Assembly (NCBI RefSeq): GCF_006345805.1
Contig: NW_021831897.1
Span: 1-33,952, forward strand
Direction: 5' to 3'
From: Octopus sinensis
Lineage: Eukaryota
Length of the DNA: 33,952 bases
Position 1 is the stretch's first letter. Each line of letters begins with the position of its first letter. The notes under the pieces were generated by a model. It was not told the origin of the DNA. It did no database searches and saw only the letters and a list, made by a program, of their open reading frames with translations. A program made the position numbers and the translations under genes. Shown here piece after piece: positions 1-10,039 of the stretch.

Positions 1-330
1 TATATATATATATATATATATACATGATATGTATATATACTATATCTTATATAGTATATATATACATATATATATATATACATGTATATATATATAAATA
101 TATATATATATACATGTATATATATAAATATATATATACAATATATATATAAATACATGTATATATACTGAGGTATATGTATAGCTGTATATGTATAGAT
201 GTACTTCTATAGATATACATGTATATGTAAACATGTATGTCTAGATGTATATATAGATGTATATGTAATAAGTACACATATATATACACATATATACATG
301 CATACATATATACACCCATACACACATACC
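1..330. repeat. (TA)n/(TACA)n compound microsatellite
   Basis: Direct reading; the ORFs here are Y/I/H/T-only artefacts. Confidence 0.95.
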
Positions 331-349
331 GATACACCCTCCCCATGTA

Positions 350-546
350 AAAAGATACCTTGACGAATTATTTGCCTTGAAACCACCCCAATTCTGGGAA
401 GACGGTATTTTCAAGGTAAAGGAAAGATGGAGACGTATTGTGCAACGAAATTGTTCAGATTTGGTTCATTAAAAATGTAATGGCAAGTATTTAGTGACCT
501 TTACTTTCCTTTAAAAATCGGAACGAACTTTCCGGACAATCCAATA
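350..546 (+). mobile_element. mariner transposon 3' end (transposase C-terminus plus terminal inverted repeat)
   Basis: 350-472 translates KRYLDELFALKPPQFWEDGIFKVKERWRRIVQRNCSDLVH*, matching the mariner C-terminal pattern (LDEFF..KP..F...GI..L.ERW..VI..NG.Y). TIR-like aaaaatcggaacgaactttccggacaatccaata at 513-546 ends in TA. Confidence 0.85.
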
Positions 547-635
547 TAAACACAACAATGAAATGCAAATATAAACATGAAAAATAAAAACCTAAATTGA
601 AAGAGGCGATTAAAATTTTTTTTCCTAACCTGCAG

Positions 636-722
636 CCGTTTCAGAAAAGTGGTTGTACGAAGTATTCGAAATTCAGCCCTCCTTCAGCAAAAATCCAGCA
701 AAAAGCATTAAGGCACTACATG
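636..722 (+). CDS. candidate internal exon of an unidentified gene (87 nt)
   Basis: Strong acceptor ttttttttcctaacctgcag| and donor ATG|GTGAGT; length divisible by 3. Open frames: phase 1 VSEKWLYEVFEIQPSFSKNPAKSIKALH, or phase 0 PFQKSGCTKYSKFSPPSAKIQQKALRHYM. Protein not recognised. Confidence 0.5.
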
Positions 723-1413
723 GTGAGTATTCAGTTGGTGAAAGTTCAGTTTTTAAGTATCGATGAATAGGTGACAGATTTTCAAGAGGATTACCACGTT
801 TAAATAAGAAATGAAATTCATTGAAAGGTTAACTTTAGTTAATCATGCAAATAATAGCCAATGGGAATATTCCATTCTCTACTATAAAAAAAAATAATTT
901 AAGATTACAGGTTTGTGCATAAGTGTTCATTGGATCTAATGATCTAATTGGACCGTATTTTCAAAAAGCTTTTATACTGTGTGCTCTTGGAAGCTGTAGG
1001 GTTACCCGAGCATAAATGTTGGGCATTATTTCTAATTCAATTGTACAACAGTGTAACAGTTTGCTTTGACATACACTTACATTGTGATTTCTGCAATGTG
1101 GTGCATAAATTGTTAAGTAAATGAGAGGCATCTTTGTCTCCACTGATTCAGTTGCAAAGTGTTGAGTAAAGTTATTTGATTGCAGACCTCCTTTCAGTCT
1201 TTTTATTATCACCCGGTCACACATAGTCCCCAGGTGGTAACATTGATTACAAGGCCTTCCCAGATGAGTGACTGGTTATTCAAAGACATTTATAGATTTT
1301 AAATTCATTCTGTCCAGTTACGTATCAGTATAGTGGTCATTTGCAAACTCCAGAGGTGACACTTTGATTTCTCCTAAGCCCTCACGTCACACAGTTGTTA
1401 ATGTTGATTTCAG

Positions 1414-1481
1414 TTGGGTCACGCCCTTCCAATTGCTATAGATTCGTAATGCATCTTACGGCTGTGCCTGTCACCTGGATG
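1414..1481 (+). CDS. candidate exon (68 nt)
   Basis: Acceptor gttaatgttgatttcag|, donor ATG|GTGAGG (alternative AAG|GTAGGG at 1517). The only open frame is phase 1 (VGSRPSNCYRFVMHLTAVPVTWM), compatible with the phase-1 end of 636-722. Confidence 0.35.
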
Positions 1482-1579
1482 GTGAGGAATCCTACATTGG
1501 GAGTGGTAACGACTAAGGTAGGGTAACTGACTGCTTATTGTGATCATTCGTCTTTTGGTTTCCATGTGGCACGATTACA

Positions 1580-1731
1580 ATTTTTTAGGGTGTGTAAAGA
1601 GGGAAATAACCCTCATCTGCAATTTTGATGAAATTCGAAACATAGATATCCCAGTTCATTCAGAAAATATAACAGAAAAGTCTAATTCTTCAATTGAATG
1701 TAACCGGGCAACGCCGGGTATCTCTGCTAGT
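1580..1731 (+). mobile_element. non-autonomous Helitron-like 3' end
   Basis: Imperfect GC hairpin accgggcaacgccgggt (1703-1719) followed by CTAG|T (1727-1731), the canonical Helitron 3' terminus. The 5' boundary is uncertain. Confidence 0.45.
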
Positions 1732-1746
1732 ATACACACACACACA

Positions 1747-1801
<55 letters not shown>

Positions 1802-2056
1802 CATCATCATCATCATCTGGCCGCACTAAATTTCTGGCCTTGTGCCAAAATTTGAAGCCAACATTACATGTATATTCCTTTCATAAAAAAAAAATGCAAC
1901 TCGGTACGTTACATAAAGTCATTTTTATTGTCGGATTTAGATTCTACGGCTTTAAAGAGCGTTACCTAAAGTTTCACAAGCCAAGGCAATCTTGAAACGG
2001 AGCTGGTTGATGGAGAGTTTTCCCCTTTTATGAGTCATTGTGTTACTAACTTCTAG

Positions 2057-2098
2057 TTGATTACATCCGGAAAGGCGAGCAATGAATTCTCGGAATGA
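2057..2098 (+). CDS. candidate terminal exon
   Basis: Branch-like TACTAAC then ttctag|. Phase 0 gives LITSGKASNEFSE*, phase 1 gives VDYIRKGEQ*. AATAAA at 2203-2208. Confidence 0.25.
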   Translation: MITSGKASNEFSE

Positions 2099-2504
2099 CT
2101 GTTTCTCAGTCTGGTTTAATTAATCTACTGAAAGTTAAAACGTATTCTATGCTACTGTTTGCTCAACGCTTTTACTTTACATTTGAAATATTTCATATCT
2201 TCAATAAATTTGATATCCTTCGCTTTTATAGAGATTGCAAAAATGTGTGTGGTTCGCATATTTCATACCTAAAAAGTAATACCACCTGGTAGTAAGCATT
2301 TGGTCCCAGTCAATGGATAACTTCCTTTCAGTGGATAAAATTCCTTACCGATCGTAAATGTCATGAAAAATGTTGTTTTGCCCTTCTTCTGTGACAAAGG
2401 CATAAACAAAAAATCTTGTCCACAAATCCGGTAGATATTGCCAGCTACCACGTGGGGTAAACAGTTTAAAATACATTTTCAGATGTAATACTTGGACATA
2501 ATTA

Positions 2505-2921
2505 GTGTTGTATCCTGTGGTTACTGAATGATACGGATCTTATGACACACACCCCGATGTAAGTGATCCGACTGAGAGTGTTAATGCCTTCTACCTACCC
2601 CACGAATCACATCTATTTAGCCAAGACCTTTTAGATACTTTATCAGCAGCTTCAACATTGTTCTTGGTGATGATTCTGTTCGCTTCTGTAACGTTCGGGG
2701 CTCCACGAATCCTACGTTCTGAATTTAAATTCAAGGGTACGACTGCGAACCTTTGACTTCTAACCTCTATTAGCTAACATCTCATTCTTTATCCATTCTT
2801 GCAGCGGTCCTTCACCAACCTCTGCTACTTAGTTCTCTTGCGATTCCTTCCATCTCTCTTCCTAGAGCACAGTTTGTTCAAATAAGATTAACGCTCTCTT
2901 GCTAGGAAACCAAAATGGCAT
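2505..2921 (-). mobile_element. decayed HERO-like (RLE) non-LTR retrotransposon 3' end
   Basis: With stops and frameshifts: FWFPSKRALILFEQTVL*EERWKESQE / RLVKDRCKNG*RMRC*LIEVRSQRFA / KNNVEAADKVSKRSWLNRCDSWG. This follows the HERO RLE pattern LWS..K.VILLELTVPWEER / C.PIEVGCRGFAG / TEAAE.ASRWLW.KR...W, then a 3' UTR-like segment. Confidence 0.7.
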
Positions 2922-3932
2922 TAGATACTTCGCTGCGATAAACTAAATCTATATAACTGATTCAGTCGATGAACCATAAGCCATCATTTCAGTAGACTAA
3001 TTCTCTTGGCCATTTCGATTGTGTGAATAAGAGAAACATAGACTGAAATAGATATAAAAGAAATTCATTCCAGAATTATTTACTGAAGATTTAAATCATT
3101 TCTTCTGTAATTTTCCTTTTGATAATATCTTTGATGTCTTATATTACTGCAAGTGATAACTTGTATCGGTTTACAGATCTTACATGTCTCAGTGATGCAG
3201 CAGCTGAACTTGTCGGCAAAAACAGATAATGTCGTTTCTTTTGAAATCTAAATAATTTTTTTAGTACTCAACTTTCGAGTAGAAGCAGCATTAGCGTATT
3301 TAGTAGGAACTACTACCTTAGTGTCTCTATGGTTCAAATCTACACCTGAGACAGTTATACCGGTGGCTGCAACACAGTAACACCTGTTTAATTTCGTTAT
3401 ATGCAATAGAAGCAGCATTAGATTAAAATAGTAGTCATGTATCACACTTGATATAAATACAACGTTGCATTCGCAATGTAGTAAACGGTTTATTCCTTGT
3501 CCTTTAAAAATCGTGCTGAATCTTGTCTAAGCATGTGACTAGCTATTAATATACATTATTGATAAGGCCTAAGGAGACCGAAATGCAACTGACGTTTACG
3601 CTAGCCATTGCTGGGACAATTTTCATCTCCCTCTGATGTGTGTACATAATGATTAGGTTGTTGCATTGATGAACTCACGAATGCTAGATCTTGGGTTCTT
3701 TAACAAATCACTTCATTTCACGTTGTTCTGCGATCATTTCGACAGATGATATGTGGTTCACTTGGGTACCTGTGCAGGCTATGTCGATTTGATGGAAGGA
3801 GTGAGCTTATACACGCAGAAGCATTTCTTCACTATAAACAAATTATCAGTATGGTTGTTTGACAAAAAAAAGCGCGGAACCCTCATCCATCGCCCAACGA
3901 CAGGAGAGTACATAATATGAATATACTGACAT

Positions 3933-4010
3933 ATGCTCTCTCTCTCTCTCTCACACACACACGCACGCACGCACGCGCGCGCACACACACACACACGCAC
4001 ACACACACGT
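3933..4010. repeat. (CT)n(CA)n(CACG)n microsatellite
   Basis: Direct reading. Confidence 0.9.
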
Positions 4011-4083
4011 TATTGTAGTAAACATTTTCGACTACTTATACTTAACACACATGTATCGTGTATTTACTGGCAGGCTGCGATTA

Positions 4084-4174
4084 GCCGTGGTGGTGAATAC
4101 TCTCTCAAAGCGCAGCGTGTTGACCTTCAGGTGTTTTAACACTCGGCGCTTTGAGAAAGCTTTCCCACCACGAC
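4084..4174 (-). ncRNA. pre-miRNA-like hairpin
   Basis: Perfect 11-bp core (4103-4113 with 4146-4156), perfect 8-bp basal stem (4086-4093 with 4165-4172), upper stem gtgtt/aacac, ~12-nt loop. Several + strand C-A mismatches become G:U pairs on the - strand. Confidence 0.55.
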
Positions 4175-4589
4175 ATTAGCAACTTACCGGTAAATACTCA
4201 GGGCATGTGAATTAAGTATGTGTAGCCGATGATGTTATTACACTAGCGCTGCTTTTATTTCATATTTGAATATGTTATGTTTTTAAACGCAGTACATCTA
4301 TAAGAAATGTTATCTTAGGATGAATACTAAAGTAAACTGCCTTTCAACGATGTATTTGCATTAGGTAAGAAACGTAGGGGATTACATTCATTGAAAATTC
4401 GGTGGCACGGGAAAGAAAAACGAATCACCGACTTCTCGATTGATTACACTGTTTAACACAGTATTCGTCTTTTTGTAGCGACTGTTATTTCCTATTTGCT
4501 TACCTCTAGAGAGTATGAAAAATGGCTAATATTTCCTTCAAACTTTGCTATTGTTGCATTTATTCAAATCCTGTACACCGCTTCTAATT

Positions 4590-4760
4590 ACATGATTATG
4601 CTGTTTCCCCACTATTCTTGCTCAAATTGTCAGTCACTAAGGGAACATGCTCATGTAACCGCTCAGTCTATTGACAAGCAAGCCTGTGGTGTCGAGCAGA
4701 ATGTTTGCTATACATAATGATATTTCTGCTTCAACAACTCGGCGCTAAATCAGTCAGAAA
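4590..4760 (-). mobile_element. degenerate interspersed repeat fragment (probable SINE body)
   Basis: Reverse complement ctcgacaccacaggcttgcttgtca...gagcatgttcccttagtgactgac resembles an octopus repeat I recall; unverified. Confidence 0.35.
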
Positions 4761-5218
4761 TGTAATGGAAAATAGGGCAGTTTCAAAACATTGATGTCCA
4801 GGTTATAAAAGTAAAGTTTGAAGGGAATAATAGCTATTTTCTTCGATTTCTAGATAGAAGCAAATAAGAAATAGCACTGAACAAGGACAAAAAAAAAATA
4901 AATAAAATAGAAAAGAAATTTGTTACACAGCGTTATATCATAACGGTTATCTGCCCATTTATAGCTTCTTGTTAATTTTCTCCTTTAAAATTCAGACTAA
5001 ACCTGTTTAAACGTAGCTGCTATCAAAGCATCCTAACCGTAACCATCATGTTGTTTCAAGTGTGTACATGACTAGATTATCGAATGTGTAACTTCCCTTA
5101 TTACAAACAGTGGGCTATGATATGAGCGTAGAGTTTCAGAGGTAGCCTTGCTGATTCTCTGGTTCCCTCCTCATGTTAGTTTGAGAAGCATGCTCGTTGG
5201 TACAAGAGACACACTTAC

Positions 5219-5272
5219 TGACACCATAGGGTTCTCCGTTAGATATATGGTTTACGGGGTTTGGAAAACACT
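5219..5272 (-). other. candidate short exon (54 nt), coding or non-coding
   Basis: Acceptor aatttcctgttag|, donor TCA|GTAAGT; single open frame ECFPNPVNHISNGEPYGV. Confidence 0.25.
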
Positions 5273-5324
5273 CTAACAGGAAATTCTCCAAGATCAAGCT
5301 TATGAAGAGAAAATATTTATTCAT

Positions 5325-5364
5325 CACACACACACACACACACACACACCACACACACACACAC

Positions 5365-5398
<34 letters not shown>

Positions 5399-5674
5399 CA
5401 CACACACACAAACACGCTCATATATATATACACACACAAATACGCTCATATATATATATACACACACGTGCACATAAGTGTATGTATATACAATAATGAA
5501 TAAATATACATCCATCTGCATATATGAATATATATATGTATGTATATATATGTGTGTGTGTATGTATCTCTCTATCTATTTACGTCTCTCTATATATATA
5601 TGTATATATACATACATACATACACACACACATATTCATATGTATGTATGTATATATTGTATATACATATACAC

Positions 5675-5709
<35 letters not shown>

Positions 5710-5800
5710 CGTGTGTGTGTATGCATGTATGTATATTTATATATGTGTGTGTGCGTATGTATATATGTAATCTATGTACCTATGTACATACACATATGCA
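5325..5800. repeat. compound CA/TA/TG microsatellite
   Basis: Direct reading. Confidence 0.95.
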
Positions 5801-6046
5801 CACACGAGATGTTTTCAGATCACAAATCTTCCGGTATGCACCTGCTGTGATTGTACGGTTCAACGGAAATGCGTGCACAACTAACAATCCTTGATAGTCA
5901 TCATGCTGAGTCCGTCTACAAATAGGCTTCGTACTATCTATTCGAGTTGTGTTGGAACAGCTTTGCTATTTTTACTGAGGCTGACAAATTCAAGAACTGT
6001 CCCTACATGAAATTTTGCTGTATCTTAGCAAATGCGCTTGGGAGAA

Positions 6047-6241
6047 CTCTTACTCTTACTCTTGGAGCACCACCTTTAGTCGAGCAAATCGCCCCCCAGG
6101 ACTTATTCTTTGTAAGCCTAGTACTTATTCTATCGGTCTCTTCTGCCGAGCCGCTAAGTTACGGGTACGTAAACACACCAGCATCGGTTGTCAAGCGATG
6201 TTGGGGGGACAAACACAGACACACAAACATATACACTCACA

Positions 6242-6295
<54 letters not shown>

Positions 6296-6423
6296 GTATA
6301 TATCAACAATTGAGGGTAAAATTAATTAATTAATCAATTTAGAAATGCTAAGAAATTTTTTTTGGCTGCTATTTCTACTAAGTTCAGTATGTGGCAAAGT
6401 AATTTATTTTACTAAGCCCTAAT

Positions 6424-6481
<58 letters not shown>

Positions 6482-6644
6482 GACGGGCTTCTTTCAGTTT
6501 CTGTCTACCAAGTCCACTCACAAGGCTTTGGTCGGCCTGCGGCTATAGTAGAAGACACTTGCTCAAGGTGCCACGCAGTGGGACTGAACCCGGAACTATG
6601 TGGTTGATGAGCAAGCTACATACCACACAACCACTCTTACGCCT
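6047..6644 (-). mobile_element. tRNA-derived SINE family A (abundant octopus SINE, possibly OR2/CORE-type) with expanded internal microsatellite
   Basis: Matches other copies in the window (17286-17692, 26900-27360, 30175-30652). The - strand head has A-box TGGTTGTGTGG and B-box GGTTCAGTCCC; the tail is (CTCTTA)n. The family name is recalled. Confidence 0.9.
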
Positions 6645-7024
6645 TTACCTTAGTAAAATATTAAGAAAAGGTTCTTTATTTCGAATTGAATTTTATTGAG
6701 GTGCACATACATTTCAAATCGTATGCGTGTCTTCATAATAGTGAACGTTCAGGACGAGCAGTTTCAATTAAAATGCGAGAACGCGTGAAAGAAAAAATGT
6801 CAACGAATAACAGAAATGAATAAGCTAAACATTTATTTACATACGAAATTTTAAAAACAGGAAAAAAACTGAATGTAGGCTATAATTCAAGGTTGTATTT
6901 GCAACCGTGAGTGGCCGCTGCAGCGGAAACACATGTAGATCATTATATGATAATATGCTGTATAAAATTATAAAATAAATTTTGCGGATGTACACTTCTC
7001 CATACTCTTTATTATTTAATAATT

Positions 7025-7075
<51 letters not shown>

Positions 7076-7238
7076 AAAGTTCCGACGCACGAAACTCTCG
7101 GACCTTGAGTCACTTTGTGGCTTCTGCTCAATATTAATAAAAATATACATATACTCATATTTTGACTTCTGTTTTCCTGTTTGCACCAACGTACCTATAT
7201 ATATTTGTATGTGTATGTATACACACACACACACACAC

Positions 7239-7292
<54 letters not shown>

Positions 7293-7324
7293 TTGTGTGT
7301 GTTTGTGTATATGTGTGTGTATGT

Positions 7325-7647
7325 AGAGGAACACTCCATCGGTTGCGACGACGAGGGTCCCAGCTGATGCGAACAACGGAACAGCTTGCTCGTGAAATTA
7401 ACGTAGAAGTGGCTGAGCACTCAACAAACACGTGTACCCTTAACGTAGTTCTCGAGAAGATTCAGCATGACTCAGAATACGACAAGGCCGGCCCTTTGAA
7501 ATACAGGTACCACTCATTTTTGCCAGCTGACTGGACTGGAGCAACGTGAAATAAAGTCTTTTGCTCAAGGACACAACGCGTCGCCGGGAATTGAACACAC
7601 GACCTTACTATCATGAGCCGAATGTCCCTAGCCTCTAAGCCACGCGT
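7325..7647 (-). mobile_element. tRNA-derived SINE family B
   Basis: The - strand head cgtggcttagaggctaggg...gtgttcaattcccggcg has A/B boxes; the body is shared with 24020-24335 and 13290-13435. Confidence 0.85.
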
Positions 7648-7789
7648 GTGTATGTATGTATGCATGTATGTATGTATGTATGTATGTATGTATGTATGTA
7701 TGTATGTATGTATGTATGTATGTATGTACGTACGTATGTATGTTTTGTATAAGCTTTTGTGCGTGTGTGTGTGTTTGTGTTTGTGACTT

Positions 7790-7975
7790 TGTGTCTGCAC
7801 TTGGCTGCAAGTGTTGGTTTGTTGACGTTCTTGTAACGTAGCTGTTCTGCACAAGTGACCAATAGAATAAGCACCAAAAAAAGAAGAGTATTGGTGTCGA
7901 TCTGTTCGACTAAAACCTTCGAAGGTGGTGCTCCAAAACAGCTACAGTTTAATGGCTGAAACATGTAAAACTAAA
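7790..7975 (+). mobile_element. SINE family A, diverged 3' half
   Basis: gaccaatagaataagcacc...gtcgatctgttcgactaa...ggtgctcc matches the family A 3' half; starts at a microsatellite. Confidence 0.75.
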
Positions 7976-8416
7976 GCAAAGATATGCGAACCACGTTAAC
8001 AATTTAAAACATTTTCATCTGTTTGTGACAGATCTACCGCTAGTTATCTTAAAATATCATTTCACGGAAGATGACCGATCTATGGCAACATTGTAGATAT
8101 GAGGTGCGGTTGATAAAGCAACTTTCACTTTTGCTTGGAAATGTCTAACTATTTATTGCATACCGGACAGTCTTCCATTATAGGCACAACAAACAAAATC
8201 TTTAACAAAGGACTTCCTTTTCTAAACGTACATGATATACTCAATATTGTTAGTGTTTATGCCCCAGAAATAGGATGTTTTTTATTTAAATATTTCAGAA
8301 TTTCTAGAGATTGAACATTGTAGAGGTTTGTAAAATACTATTTCGCTGTTCAGCAAAAACAAAAGGTTTTCTACTGATAAGAGGCTTCTTCGCATTGAAC
8401 GATTTTTGTAATAAAA

Positions 8417-8460
<44 letters not shown>

Positions 8461-9110
8461 ATATATTATATATATTATATATTTATATACATATGCCCAT
8501 ACACTCCACAAATACACGCATACACACACAGAGACAGAAACACACACACACACACACACACATACACACACACACAAATACATACTAGTAAAGATAATAT
8601 GTTCGAATTTGTCGTGTTCAAACCTCACCAAAAGGCTGTAAACAACGGAAATGAATTAAGTTAAACTGAGAATCAAAAGTGTGATTCGGAATCGGTACTT
8701 GAAGATCTTAAGCTTTCTTATTTCCGTTTCTTTCGTGGCATCAATAACATTGGTTTCTTTTGTAAGAAGAAAAAAGCCATACATTTTAAGGAAGGCAAGA
8801 ATATAATGTAAAGTTCTCTTTTCTTTTTTACGTTTTGCTTTTTTGCTCAAAGAAATTCGAAGTTCGATCATCTGAAACTTGTGTATTGACTATTTTTGAT
8901 TTGTTATCTATCAGAATAGCTGAACAGAAATTACCAAACATACGTACGTATATAATACGCATGTCTGTGCATAGGCGCAGGCAAGGCTGTGTATAACTGC
9001 GGGCATGACTGAATATAGATCCATAGTTGTGATCATGGCTGTATTGAAGCAGGCAAGGTTATGTATAGGTGCAAGCATGGTTGTGTATAGAGGCAAGCAT
9101 GACTGTATAC

Positions 9111-9540
9111 AGTCACAAGCGTAGCTGTGTAGTTAAGAAACTTGTTTTTCAGCCACGTGATTTCTGTTTTAGTCTCACGGCGCAGCACCTTGTCTTCTAC
9201 AAAAGCCCCGGCCAGATCAATGTCTTGCTCGTGAATTTGGTTCGGTAGAAACTGTTTAGAAGCCCATCGTACTCACACACGCACACACACACGCACTCAT
9301 ACACACACACACACACATATATATATATATGACATTGTGTTTGCCCCCACCACCACTTGACAACCGGTGTTGTTTTGTTTACATCCCTGCAACTTAGAGA
9401 TCTAGCGAAAGAAAGACTTAGGCCTGGGAAAAATGTACTTGGTGGGGTGGGGTAGGATGGGGTGGGGGTCATCTATTCGACTAAAATTCTTAAGGCGGTG
9501 CCCTAACATGGCCGCAGTCCATTGACTAAAACAAGTAAAA
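9111..9540 (+). mobile_element. SINE family A, diverged full-length copy
   Basis: Head, internal (CA)(TA) tract and 3' half are collinear with the reverse complement of 17286-17692. Confidence 0.8.
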
Positions 9541-9614
9541 GTGGTCCCCCGTTATTATTCGACATGCTAGCAATAGAGGTCAAATATTTCACAAATCACA
9601 CTATACTTCTTTAA

Positions 9615-9757
9615 GTTTCCCTGTGCCACATACACTCACGAGTCTTTGGTTGGCGCGGAGCTATAACAGAAAACACTTGCCTAAATTCCACGCAGTGACA
9701 CCGAAACCTGAACCGTGTGATTGTGAAGAAAACTTCTTATCACCGAAGCCACGCCTA
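9615..9757 (-). mobile_element. SINE family A, 5' half
   Basis: cactcacgagtctttggttggc...acacttgcc...cacgcagtg...gccacgcct matches the family A head. Confidence 0.7.
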
Positions 9758-10039
9758 TAATATAAGTATAAGTTCGGGTTGAATCCATCTGATATTATAG
9801 TATGAAGATTATCAGACTGATAGGATTGAAACAACAGATTCTCACACTATTTACCAGCTTACTTCAGTTTTCCCTCTGTGTGGTTTGCCTTTTACTGTAA
9901 TGTGCACGTGTATGCATATGTGTTAGGACACACGTATTCACGTGTGTATTCATATAGCTGTTGTTTGATCAAAGGTTATCTCTAATTAAGTCCGCCTCTG
10001 ATCAAAAGACATAGTAACTGTAACCATCTCACCTTCTGA

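Noticed and set aside
3778-3920. Open frame GYVDLMEGVSLYTQKHFFTINKLSVWLFDKKKRGTLIHRPTTGEYII*
   Set aside because: Weak acceptor, no recognisable domain, and other frames are equally open.
840-5272. - strand exon chain read as an ML/MD-2-like lipid-binding domain (…GNIYRICGQDFLFMPLSQKKGKTTFFMTFTI…)
   Set aside because: The resemblance is loose, acceptors are weak, no convincing final Cys exon exists, and it overlaps stronger + strand candidates; likely over-fitting.
8235-8280. LNIVSVYAPEIGC resembling an RTE/APE endonuclease motif
   Set aside because: Only ~13 codons with no flanking homology; insufficient to call.
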